Source of the DNA: an uncultured Candidatus Saccharibacteria bacterium
GTDB taxonomy: Bacteria; Patescibacteriota; Minisyncoccia; Phycocordibacterales; SBAW01
NCBI GenBank assembly: GCA_964349675.1
Contig: CAYGHD010000002.1
Location: 4,012 to 68,011, forward strand
DNA: 64,000 nucleotides
Direction of reading: 5' to 3'
Part shown: positions 26,473 through 35,272 of the stretch, in pieces
Numbering within the stretch: the stretch's first letter is position 1
Layout of the letters: every line of letters starts with the position of its first letter
Made by a program: the position numbers and the translations under genes
Notes under the pieces: model-generated
What the model was told of the DNA's origin: nothing
What the model saw: only the letters and a program-made list of their open reading frames with translations
Databases searched by the model: none

Positions 26473-27420
26473 TCAGACTGTACAGAGATCTTCTTGCGCA
26501 ACGCGCCCTTGCCTCCTTTTCCGGACGTACGGCCCAAGATTCAGATTGCCGAGCGTTGGTTTGGTCTCTGGCACCCCCATTGCCTTTTGGAGTTTTTGAA
26601 TCGCTCTCGCCTCAATTTGGCGCATGCGCTCGCGCGTGACGCCATACTCTGCTCCAAGCTCTGCCAGTGTGAGCGGAGTCTCGGCAAGTCGCCGTTTTGT
26701 AAGCACATCCAGCTCTTTTGGCCTGAGCGTCGAAAGCGCTTGCCGCAAAGCGGCTTTGCGCTGGGTGAGCTCTTCAGCTTCAGCAAACACGGTGTCGTGT
26801 GCTGGAGACGAGTCAATCAAGACGTCCTGCAGCTCCATGTAGGAATCATCGCCAGCAAGCGGCTGGTTGAGGCTGGTGTCGCCACTGAGCCGGCGATGCA
26901 TGTTGACGACATCATCCTCTCCAACGCCCAGCATGTGAGCGATGCGCCTGAGATGCTGTGGCTGAAGGTCGCCATCCTCAAGTGCTCCAACGCTGCTCTT
27001 TGCTTGCCGCAGTTTGAAAAACAGCTTCCGGTCTGCCGAAGTGCTGCTTATCTTCACCATCGACCAGTAGTGCAGCACACCCTGCTTTATTTCCGCATGC
27101 ACCCACCATTGCGCATACGTTGCCAGCCGGGTGTCTCTGTCTGGGTCAAACTTCGCCACTGCTTTGAAGAGGCCGAAGTTCCCCTCGCTGATGCAGTCTG
27201 CAAAAGGCACGTTGTACCCTAAATAGCCTCTGGCTATCTTTGCAACAAGCCGCAGATGGGGGAGTGTCAGCGCATCGAACGCGCGCTGGTCGTTGTGGTC
27301 GCGCAGGCGTTGCGCGAGTCTCGACTCCTCTTCAGGGGTGAGTAGTGGGAACTTTTGGATTTCAGCGAGATACCGCTGCAATCCGTCTGGGGTGTCGCGT
27401 ATCACGGGCACTTTGCTCAT
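26473..27420 (-). CDS. RpoH-like (sigma-32 type, group 3) RNA polymerase sigma factor
   Basis: Collinear with sigma-32 (LRLVAKIARGY, ISEGNFGLFKAVAKFDP), including an RpoH-box-like ADRKLFFKLRQAK. Region 4 HTH is LAELGAEYGVTRERMRQIEARAIQKL. Confidence 0.8.
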   Translation of the reverse strand: MSKVPVIRDTPDGLQRYLAEIQKFPLLTPEEESRLAQRLRDHNDQRAFDALTLPHLRLVAKIARGYLGYNVPFADCISEGNFGLFKAVAKFDPDRDTRLATYAQWWVHAEIKQGVLHYWSMVKISSTSADRKLFFKLRQAKSSVGALEDGDLQPQHLRRIAHMLGVGEDDVVNMHRRLSGDTSLNQPLAGDDSYMELQDVLIDSSPAHDTVFAEAEELTQRKAALRQALSTLRPKELDVLTKRRLAETPLTLAELGAEYGVTRERMRQIEARAIQKLQKAMGVPETKPTLGNLNLGPYVRKRRQGRVAQEDLCTV

Positions 27421-27534
27421 GACAGACCTCTTATTTCAATACAAGTAACCAAAAAATTTATAGCACGCATAATGTATGGAGTCAAATAAAAAACACCACC
27501 CTGTGAAAACAGGATGGTGCTGCGCGACGCTGGG

Positions 27535-28281
27535 CTACTTGAGCTCGCCGCGCATGATCCGCATCATTGCTTCGAGCACGGCCATGGTGGCCAGCTCGAT
27601 TAACGTGTCTTGCCCGCTGTAGTCGTAGGAAGCTGCCCCAGACATGGTGCGTCCACTGGCAGGCCGCATCATCGCGCGGGCTTCTGGCGTCCATTTGTCG
27701 GCAGGCTGCCAGCAGGCTGCCAACTCTCCGAGCTTGCCTGCCGAGAAATTGTCCATCTGGCCCATCACGGCGTCGTGCCAGTCGCCGCAGAGGGCCTCTG
27801 CAGCCTCGCCCAAGCTGGTGCAGTCGGCGTATGCTGTCTTGCTGATGTTGAGGCCCCGCATGACCTGCTCGGCGACGCGCCAGGCAAGCCCTTCCTTGCC
27901 TACAATGTCTACGCCGCCGAAGGTGGCGTTCAGAGCATGGACGACCGACTTGCCATTGATGGTCATACCACCCATTTTGCAGTCGTCGATGATCATGTTG
28001 GTGAGGTTGCAGCCCTTGATGACCACGTCGCCCAGATGGCAGTTGTGGAAGATACCATCCGACAAGTTGACGTTCATGACGCGCGCGCTTCGGGCGCCCA
28101 CGTTATTGAAATGCAGGGCACCAATTCCGGCGTTGTTGACTGCCAGCATGGAATAGCTGACGCCAGCCGTCTCCAAGCTGGCCAGCTGTGTTTCAGAGAC
28201 GTCCATCCGTCGACTCCTAGGTACTGCCCAACCTTGCTGGGCTTCTAAAACGCAATATACTATGTTATTTAAAAATGTCAA
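27535..28281 (-). CDS. Pentapeptide-repeat protein
   Basis: Tandem A(D/N)LxX-type pentapeptides (NVNLSDGIFHNCHLGDVVIKGCNLTNMIIDDCKMGGMTINGKSV) plus a non-repeat C-terminal half. The start may be the internal Met at 28206. Confidence 0.7.
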   Translation of the reverse strand: MTFLNNIVYCVLEAQQGWAVPRSRRMDVSETQLASLETAGVSYSMLAVNNAGIGALHFNNVGARSARVMNVNLSDGIFHNCHLGDVVIKGCNLTNMIIDDCKMGGMTINGKSVVHALNATFGGVDIVGKEGLAWRVAEQVMRGLNISKTAYADCTSLGEAAEALCGDWHDAVMGQMDNFSAGKLGELAACWQPADKWTPEARAMMRPASGRTMSGAASYDYSGQDTLIELATMAVLEAMMRIMRGELK

Positions 28282-28564
28282 AAAATATTTTCGATAATTA
28301 GGGTTACTGAGAGAAGTGTGTCATAAAGCGATTTAACTTGTATTTTGTCAAATTTTATTATATTCTTTATCTGTCGCAACAATATCTCATTTACGGTAGT
28401 ACGCGTAGATTCCGTACGTCTCCAAGAGTCGAGTGCAGTCACCCTAACAGGGCTGCGATGGAGGGGCTTCTACAAGGCGCACTGAGGGAAATTTGCTTCC
28501 AAGGACGTGTTCCGAAGATGTAACCGCCTAACCGTGCTCTTATTTGGTTCTTATACAAAATCAT

Positions 28565-29191
28565 ATGATTAAAAAAATAGGTCTTATCGCTGTGTCCGCT
28601 CTTATGGTCGCTGCACCGTTTGTTGCATCTGCCGATGCGCTTAACCGCCAGCTTGAAGTTGGCATGTCGGGCGCCGATGTGTCGGTGCTCCAGACGTTTC
28701 TTGCAACTGACATAACCCTCTATCCACAACAGTTGGTGACCGGGTACTTTGGTTTTTTGACTAAAGCTGCAGTATCAAACTTCCAAAGCCGCAATGGCAT
28801 CCCTGCTGTTGGCCGCGTTGGCCCACAGACCCTTCCTGTGCTTAACCTCCAGATAGCTGGTGGCATGCAAACCCAGAGTTCTGCTGCGCCAATTATCACG
28901 AGCGTGATGGTTACCACCTATCCAACAAACGCAACTGTGAGTTGGAACACGAATGAATTGTCAAAAGGGGTAGTGTATTACAGCACGAGCCCGCTGACGA
29001 CCTATGAATACCAGAATGCAGTTACGGTAAGCGGCATGACCGCGATGACCGACACTGCACTGCGTGTGTCACAAGCAGTGGTGTTGCCAAACCTTGCGCC
29101 AAACACACTCTACTACTACATGGTCTACACAACAGACCAGGCAGGCAACGTGAGCGTGACATGGCCATCGAGCTTCCAGACGACAAACTAA
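28565..29191 (+). CDS. Secreted peptidoglycan-binding-domain (PG_binding_1) protein with FN3-like C-terminal domain
   Basis: Signal peptide MIKKIGLIAVSALMVAAPFVASA. PG-binding helical repeat GMSGADVSVLQTFLA...FQSRNGIPAVGRVG. Beta-rich NATVSWNT...YYYMVYTTD domain. Confidence 0.65.
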   Translation: MIKKIGLIAVSALMVAAPFVASADALNRQLEVGMSGADVSVLQTFLATDITLYPQQLVTGYFGFLTKAAVSNFQSRNGIPAVGRVGPQTLPVLNLQIAGGMQTQSSAAPIITSVMVTTYPTNATVSWNTNELSKGVVYYSTSPLTTYEYQNAVTVSGMTAMTDTALRVSQAVVLPNLAPNTLYYYMVYTTDQAGNVSVTWPSSFQTTN

Positions 29192-29215
29192 CTATTTTCT
29201 GAAATAGTTGAAAAC

Positions 29216-29250
29216 AAAAAACCGCTGGGCATAAGCTCGGCGGTTTTTTG
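29216..29250 (+). terminator. Probable intrinsic terminator
   Basis: aaaaccgc...gcggtttttt hairpin plus T-run after the PG-binding gene. Confidence 0.4.
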
Positions 29251-29303
29251 TTTTGTGCAATAAAAAACACTGCCAGTTTGGGGCCTGGCAGTGCGAGCGG
29301 GCT

Positions 29304-29663
29304 TCAGCGCAGAAGGTCAAGATTTTCTCTGACGTAGTTGTAGGTTGCGGTGCGGCAACGCCGGTTTACCCAGTGCCGCAGGCTTACGCCGAGGCTCAAG
29401 TACAACGCTGCGGTGCCGCCAAGGACAGTCAGCGGGGACAGCATCCCGCCTATCACCAGTGATGTGCCGAAGATGAAGCTGAGAAACCCCAGCGCCATAG
29501 CGCCAAGCAAGTGGCCCGTGCACAGGTATCCCGTGGGCATGTTGGCGGACTCCTCCTGTTCGTCTTGGGCAAGCCCCCACGCTTTGATGGGCCACAAGAT
29601 GAGGTTGACCGCGGGGGCCAATGCCCGCATATAGAGCGGTGTGTATGTGCGTGACTGCGGCAT
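29304..29663 (-). CDS. Hypothetical membrane protein
   Basis: ORF with two TM helices. A hairpin with a minus-strand T-run at 29266-29290 follows its stop. Confidence 0.3.
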   Translation of the reverse strand: MPQSRTYTPLYMRALAPAVNLILWPIKAWGLAQDEQEESANMPTGYLCTGHLLGAMALGFLSFIFGTSLVIGGMLSPLTVLGGTAALYLSLGVSLRHWVNRRCRTATYNYVRENLDLLR

Positions 29664-29866
29664 TTGTGCGCCTCCTGAGTTGGTTGTCTGCGCCCACTAT
29701 GCCATAACAGCACACAATTTTGTAGTGGTGCGGCCGCCGGCCTCTACTTCAATTACTGTAAAAACTATGTATAATATTGAGTGTTCGATATATTCCGGTG
29801 TAGGGCCGACGTCTGAATCGGCCTCCCGACCGAAGCGTCGGGACTCAATACGCTGGTTAAGTAGAT

Positions 29867-30168
29867 TCCGGTGTAGCTCAATGGTAGAGCAGCTCCCTGT
29901 CTAAAGGCAGCCTTTCAGAGGAATCTGAATTGAAAAACGAGGTGAATTCGGGGAAACCCCTCTGGGGCAATCCCGAGCCAAGCTCCAACCACATGTTGGA
30001 GAAGGTGTAGAGACTATCCCGAAAGGGAGTAGCCTTGCAATGTGCAGGGCGAAGCGCCTCGCATCCGACAACTTCTTGTAAGTTGGGATGATGATATAGT
30101 CCACGCCCGCAGCAATGGGGGATTCACGTGTAAGGAGTTGGTTCCAGGTTCGAGTCCTGGCGCCGGAG
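29867..30168 (+). tRNA. tRNA-Asn(GUU) interrupted by a 230-nt intron between anticodon-loop positions 35 and 36
   Basis: 5' exon 29867-29900 is TCCGGTG-TA-GCTC-AATGGTA-GAGC-A-GCTCC-CTGT. 3' exon 30131-30168 is TAA-GGAGT-TGGTT-CCAGG-TTCGAGT-CCTGG-CGCCGGA-G. All four stems pair; U8, A14, GG18-19 and the T-loop are canonical. U1-A72 and G73 are as in bacterial tRNA-Asn. The spliced loop is CUGUUAA. Confidence 0.8.
29901..30130 (+). ncRNA. Group I (IC3-like) self-splicing intron within tRNA-Asn
   Basis: Strong resemblance to the conserved IC3 core of cyanobacterial tRNA-Leu and Azoarcus tRNA-Ile introns: GGGAAACC...CAATCCCGAGCCAAGC...GAGAAGGTGTAGAGACTAT...ATAGTCC. P1 can form between exon CUGU|C and intronic GGCAG with a U.G wobble at the 5' splice site. 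The intron ends in G. Confidence 0.75.
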
Positions 30169-30180
30169 CCGCTGACATAA

Positions 30181-30203
30181 ACCGCCTGCAATGGGCGGTT
30201 TTG
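30181..30203 (+). terminator. Intrinsic terminator downstream of tRNA-Asn
   Basis: accgcc-tgcaat-gggcggt followed by tttt. Confidence 0.5.
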
Positions 30204-30355
30204 TCGTATGCGGCTCCGAGCGAGGAAGTGTGGGACACTTCCGTCCAGAACTCGAACGCCGGAGCGGGCCCCGCGTCAGCAGATGCGGGAGCGAGGCGCG
30301 GCTAGTAAAAAATTTTGTGACGACAAAGTTTTTATGCGGAGCCGAGTCCTGGCGC

Positions 30356-31003
30356 TCAATCTCGAAAATGGGGCCTGACCCCAACTCCTCTCGGCACCAT
30401 TTCCTGTCGTATGTAGGGAGGATTGCCGATGACGTGTGTAAACTTTTGTTCAAACGCGGTGAGGAGGAAGTCGCCCTGAATCAGCCAGGACGCGAGCACA
30501 GTATCGGCTTGCGTCGCGTCGAGGCCATTCTCTTGCAGGATTTTCTTGAGAGTGCCTTTTGTCTTTTCGAATGATTCGATATGAAGTTCAACCGCCCTGA
30601 TACTGTTTTTTAGAAGCTCTGCGGTCGGCTTCAGTTTTTGGTTGCGAAGTGATTCCATCAAACGCTCCACGGCCGGGATAAGAAAATCGCCGTGCCCGAA
30701 CGAGGGTTCGAGGAGGCTCATGAATTGCAATTTCTGCGACGGCCAATATTCAACCAGATCGAGGATAAAATCGGCTACTTCGCGGCGTGTAAAGACCGCT
30801 CCGCGGTCCTCGGTATTAGCCCCGGCGAGTGTCGCAACGGCAGACGCAAGAAGCTCATTTTCGAATGGGAGTCCTATCGTTCGTGCCTTTGTGGTGCTCA
30901 CGTTCATTACACCTATTTTACCACTTTTACTTGCAACAAAGCTACGCCACCTACCCCTTCTGTAGGTGATAAAATGGAACTCCATAGCGACGCGAATGCC
31001 CTC
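30356..31003 (-). pseudogene. Truncated N6-adenine DNA methyltransferase (gamma-class, motif I then motif IV NPPY), lacks target-recognition domain
   Basis: AVFTRREVADFILDLV..LEPSFGHGDFL...IGNPPY, then stop 18 aa later. The truncation point abuts a partial copy of the tRNA 3' end (30338-30350). Confidence 0.55.
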
Positions 31004-31071
31004 GGTCGAGCCGGGGCATTTTCGTTGGTTTACAAAAAAGAAAGGGCGCGACCACTTGGTAGCGCCCAGTT

Positions 31072-32193
31072 TCAAACCGACAACCTTACCGGTTTGTAAG
31101 TGTTGCGAAGATCGGCCGGTGAGAACACGAACTGACCTACGCTGATACGTCCAGAACCGAACCCGGCGATGTAGAGCGAGAGATAGAAATCGTATTTGCG
31201 ATAGTACCGCAGTCCGTACATTTTTACGATCTCGTTTCGATGTCGAACTAGGTTCTCGCGCCACCCGACAAACGTTTTCACGTAGTCTTCGGGAAAGAGC
31301 TCCTGATCGAGTAGATGAAAGATATCCTGCGTGGCTTCTCTGATCTGACCGAGCGTCGGAAGCATTCCGTTCGGGAAGATGTGTTTCTCCGTCCATGGAT
31401 CCATCGTTGCACGCTTATCGCATGCAAGGATGCACTGCATAACAAAGACTCCATCTTTTCGTGCAAGCGAGTCGCACGCTTTTTGGAAGTACTCCCGATA
31501 GTGGCTTGGACCCACATGCTCGATGACGCAAATGGACACGACCGCATCAACCTTGCCACTAAAGTCACGGTAGTCTTGCAGTCGAAACTCCAGAGGTAAA
31601 TCGCGGTACCTTTCTGCAGCGTACTTACGCTGCGTTTGAGATATCGTGAGTCCGATGCCACTAGAGCCATAGTGCTGTCCTGCGTAGCCGAGAAAACCGC
31701 CCCAGCCAGAGCCGATGTCGAGCACCGTCTTACCGGTCCCGAGAAAAGCTTTCCTGCAGATCAAATCCATCTTCTGGTCTTGCGCCTCATCAAGTAACAA
31801 GACGCCATCCCATCGTCCGCACGTGTAGTTGGTCGTGCGGCCGAGTAAGATGTCGAAGAATTGCGGATCCTCATCGTAGTGCACTTCAGCGACTCGTTTC
31901 GAACGAGTACGGTTTTGCGCGTCGATCACGCCGAAGCGGAGTCTCCTCAGCAACACATCAAGGCGAGGTATCCTGAGATGGATGCCAGATTTTATGATTC
32001 GCTCTATAAGTCCAGCGATATCCGAGCAGTTCCACCAGCCATCCATGTAAGAATCGCCGAGGCCAACAGAACCTTGTAAAAGAACACGCCGGTACCATCG
32101 ATTATCCAGGATCTGCGGATCCCATAGATTTGGGCCGTTGATCACTATTCCAGCTGCCCCGAAAAGGCGCTGGATCGCGAACTTCGCAACCAT
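31072..32193 (-). CDS. cfa: Cyclopropane-fatty-acyl-phospholipid synthase-family SAM-dependent methyltransferase
   Basis: VLDIGSGWGGFLGYAGQHYG SAM motif. DAVVSICVIEHVG and the C-terminal region are typical of the CFA/mycolic acid cyclopropane synthase family. Confidence 0.75.
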   Translation of the reverse strand: MVAKFAIQRLFGAAGIVINGPNLWDPQILDNRWYRRVLLQGSVGLGDSYMDGWWNCSDIAGLIERIIKSGIHLRIPRLDVLLRRLRFGVIDAQNRTRSKRVAEVHYDEDPQFFDILLGRTTNYTCGRWDGVLLLDEAQDQKMDLICRKAFLGTGKTVLDIGSGWGGFLGYAGQHYGSSGIGLTISQTQRKYAAERYRDLPLEFRLQDYRDFSGKVDAVVSICVIEHVGPSHYREYFQKACDSLARKDGVFVMQCILACDKRATMDPWTEKHIFPNGMLPTLGQIREATQDIFHLLDQELFPEDYVKTFVGWRENLVRHRNEIVKMYGLRYYRKYDFYLSLYIAGFGSGRISVGQFVFSPADLRNTYKPVRLSV

Positions 32194-32307
32194 CAGAACC
32201 TCCTCAAGGTTGGATTTGTGGACACGATCGTCCGTTGACGAATATACCAAGGAAATTTCTTATCGGCTATCCAGGCATTTTCGTTGGTTTTTTGCTAAGC
32301 TTAGGGC

Positions 32308-32886
32308 ATGGAAATTGGCATTTGGGGAGACAGCATAACTTACGGCGAAAGCGACTCCGAGGCCCTTGGGTGGGTTGGCAGACTGCGGAAATCTACATCT
32401 GTAGACGAAGATAAACAGGTCTACAATCGCGGAATCTGTGGCAACACAACTGAAGATTTACTCAAGCGTTTTAAGGTGGAAGCTGACTCCCTTGAGCCAA
32501 ATATCGTGGTATTTGCTATCGGCATAAACGACTCAAAGTATCCGGTCGGAGAGCAAACAAATAAGATTTCACTTGAGCAGTTTAAGAAAAATATCGAGTC
32601 TCTTTTGCAGCAAGCAAAAGTCTACACGCAGACGATTTTCGTTGTCGGGGCTACGCAAGTTGATGAGGAGGTTGTGTCGCAATGGAAAGATAGCTCGCTC
32701 TTTTACAATGCGGAGATACAAAAATATAACGACGTTTTGAAAGAGACCGCTGCTTCCAGCGGTGTTTCGTATGTGGATGTGTCTGAAGTTTTAGATGCAA
32801 AAACTGATTTGCATGATGGGCTGCACCCAAATGCAAAGGGGTATGAAAAACTTGCGATGGCAATAAAAAGCGAAATTAAAATATGA
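32308..32886 (+). CDS. SGNH/GDSL-family hydrolase
   Basis: GDSITYG block I, GxND block III (AIGINDS) and DGLHPN block V. Confidence 0.7.
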   Translation: MEIGIWGDSITYGESDSEALGWVGRLRKSTSVDEDKQVYNRGICGNTTEDLLKRFKVEADSLEPNIVVFAIGINDSKYPVGEQTNKISLEQFKKNIESLLQQAKVYTQTIFVVGATQVDEEVVSQWKDSSLFYNAEIQKYNDVLKETAASSGVSYVDVSEVLDAKTDLHDGLHPNAKGYEKLAMAIKSEIKI

Positions 32887-33428
32887 ATCTGACTTTTATA
32901 ACCGGAAATGCCGCTAAAGCCGAGCAACTTGGTAAACATTTAGACCACCCTGTAGCTCACAAGAAATTGGACTTACCCGAGATTCAGTCTTTAGACCTGC
33001 ATGAAATTATCGAGCACAAGACCAAGGAAGCGTATAAACAAATTGGCGGCGTAGCACTTGTGGAGGATACCTCCCTTACTTTTAAGGCCTTGGGTAGATT
33101 GCCAGGCCCACTCATAAAGTGGTTTCTTACAGAGTTGGATAATGCAGGGCTCTGTAAACTCTTGGACGGTTACGAGGATAGGTCTGCAGTTGCGGAAGTG
33201 TGTTTCGGTCTTTACGACGGTAAAGAGCTAAAGATGTTCGATGGCAAAGCTCATGGCTCCATCGCTACTGTGCCGCGTGGTGAAAGAGGATTTGGCTGGG
33301 ATCCAGTGTTTATTCCCGAAGGTCACCATAAGACTTGGGGCGAAATGGATCCGGAGGAGCAGAAAGAAACCTCTATGCGTCGTATAGCCCTTAAGAAATT
33401 GGAGGCATATCTCAAACAAAATGGCTAA
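32883..33428 (+). CDS. rdgB: Non-canonical purine NTP pyrophosphatase (RdgB/HAM1 family)
   Basis: FITGNAAK, EDTSL, GFGWDPVFIPEG and SMRRIA motifs. Confidence 0.85.
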   Translation: MNLTFITGNAAKAEQLGKHLDHPVAHKKLDLPEIQSLDLHEIIEHKTKEAYKQIGGVALVEDTSLTFKALGRLPGPLIKWFLTELDNAGLCKLLDGYEDRSAVAEVCFGLYDGKELKMFDGKAHGSIATVPRGERGFGWDPVFIPEGHHKTWGEMDPEEQKETSMRRIALKKLEAYLKQNG

Positions 33429-33756
33429 GACTTACTCAGGCACTATTGTTGAGAGCAGTCTTTCCGACAAAAATGTCCTCGACCAACTCCAAGTAATCAA
33501 AAAATATCCCTCTGGGGGTTGGACTTTGTACGATGTCTTGGTTAACGAGGAGCAGATACCGCAGCTCGCCAAATCTTTGGCGAACGGTCCCTGGTATATC
33601 CACCTGTGGCAGCCCGGGCAAGACGAAGTAAAAGTGATCTTTAAAGATAAAGTTTTTTCTATTAAATATTCCGACAAATCTACCTGGGTTGGCGTGGTCG
33701 CTTACGGAAAGTCCATCGGCATACCGGACGAGCAACTCGACTTCCCAATAAACTAA
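33421..33756 (+). CDS. Hypothetical protein
   Basis: ORF translationally coupled to rdgB. No recognisable motif. Confidence 0.3.
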   Translation: MAKTYSGTIVESSLSDKNVLDQLQVIKKYPSGGWTLYDVLVNEEQIPQLAKSLANGPWYIHLWQPGQDEVKVIFKDKVFSIKYSDKSTWVGVVAYGKSIGIPDEQLDFPIN

Positions 33757-33817
33757 GCACGCAGACTTACGTGAATGCACGCAACTAAACGCCTCTCATT
33801 CACTAAAATCTCGCCTT

Positions 33818-34135
33818 TTAGCGTGAATTGGTCTGCGGCCTTACTCTTTCCATCCACTTCATCGTTTCCTCGTCAAACGGCTCCTCGCCCCGGAGCATTT
33901 TGACGGCAGCCTCCATCTCGTAGGACTTGTAGCCGTTCAAAATAACGGTTCGAAGTTCCTGCGCTGCTCGGAGCTTGGTTAGCAACAAATCGCCTTTGGG
34001 CGATTTTTGCGTTACAAGCCCCAGGCGAGGAAGCAACTTGAGTTGCTTCCGTCCAGGACTCGAAAGGGTTGAGTCTATCGTAGCGAGTTTGTAAAACGAA
34101 GCGAGATACAAAACCCATACTGTTGCTGTAAGCAA
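33818..34135 (-). CDS. Hypothetical protein
   Basis: ORF only. Confidence 0.2.
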   Translation of the reverse strand: MLTATVWVLYLASFYKLATIDSTLSSPGRKQLKLLPRLGLVTQKSPKGDLLLTKLRAAQELRTVILNGYKSYEMEAAVKMLRGEEPFDEETMKWMERVRPQTNSR

Positions 34136-34515
34136 AGAGTCCTATTTTGACGCCAGAATAACTCTTGACCCATTTATATTTTATAAGCACAATACCTCCG
34201 GTATGTGTGTTTCTCTTGGGAGAATAAGGCAATGAAAGACAGTGCAACGGGTGCGTGGTGTGCCCTTTGGTCGGGGGTCAAGGTGTCTGGATGGACGCCT
34301 GCAGCCTTGTTGCTTGTGATGTGCGCCGTGCCCATCGTGCACGGTTGCCTGAGCGAAAGCGGGCCGGCGCTAGAGCCCTGCAGCATCTTTGAGGCAGGGG
34401 ACGCTGGCCGCCTTTGCGCAAAAGCAATCATGATGCGTGGCGGGGGACTACCCTGAGTAAATTATCCAACAACGCGCGATAGACCATTTCCACCCCAGAC
34501 AGCAAAGTCTGGGGT

Positions 34516-34620
34516 ATTTTTTTATTCCCTATACGTCGCCGTGTTATTTTTTATAGCCTCCACACTTTTGGGTACGCACTTTGCACAGGTCTGACCTGTG
34601 CAGCAGGTTCATACGGGGGA
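34516..34620 (+). repeat. Intergenic repeat element, copy A (contains perfect palindrome gcacaggtctgacctgtgc)
   Basis: Shares tttattcc...ttatagcctccac.cttttggg.acgcact.tg.cag.tctgacctg.gcagca...acggggga with copies at 36125-36210 and 37263-37369. Confidence 0.55.
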
Positions 34621-34718
34621 GCCTGTGCTTTACAGAACTATTTTAATGTGATATATTAGTAGGTAGTCGAATCACAGCATGCCCCTCCTGCCGTGTTAGC
34701 ACAACACAGGAGAGAAGA

Positions 34719-35180
34719 ATGACTTTACTAACAGGCCTCGGCATCGACGAGCATGAGGTGAGGTGCTGCCCTGACTGTGGGGCAAGGGAGGTGCGTGTAG
34801 CTGCGGAGAGTCGCAGCCTAAACCACACGCATGGTAGTGCTGTGAAATTGAGTGTTGTGATACCTATCTGGACCTGCAAGGATTGTAGGTTTGCCTACAC
34901 AGATGGGCGCGGACAGCAGATTGAGCAGGAGGCAGTTGAAAGTTTTTTGCAACGTCGGCTATTGCCACACGAAGTGCGTAGTATACGAGTTGTTTTGGGT
35001 TTGTCGCGAGAGCAATTCGCTCTACTGACAGGCTATGGAACGGCGACGATTAAACGCTGGGAAAATGGTACGCTGGTGCAAAACGCATCAGCTGACCGAT
35101 TCTTGCGGTTGATTGCTGACAGTGAAGTGGCACAAAAACTGCTGCGACTCGGAAAGGAGATAGATGCAGCGAATAAATAG
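34719..35180 (+). CDS. MqsA-family zinc-ribbon + XRE-HTH antitoxin-like regulator (orphan; no MqsR-like partner seen)
   Basis: N-terminal CPDCG...CKDC zinc ribbon. C-terminal LGLSREQFALLTGYGTATIKRWENGT HTH, collinear with MqsA. Confidence 0.6.
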   Translation: MTLLTGLGIDEHEVRCCPDCGAREVRVAAESRSLNHTHGSAVKLSVVIPIWTCKDCRFAYTDGRGQQIEQEAVESFLQRRLLPHEVRSIRVVLGLSREQFALLTGYGTATIKRWENGTLVQNASADRFLRLIADSEVAQKLLRLGKEIDAANK

Positions 35181-35272
35181 ATACGACACCCGGTCCACTT
35201 GGCCGGGTTTTCTTTTACCTAAAGTAGGTCCCAACCCCGAGAACTTTTACGGGGGCGTGCTATCTTTCTAGA

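Noticed and set aside
34205-34456. ORF upstream of the MqsA-like gene as a possible MqsR toxin
   Set aside because: The sequence has no resemblance to the MqsR/RelE fold, there is no ribosome-binding site, and a 260-bp gap separates it from mqsA. The regulator is treated as an orphan.
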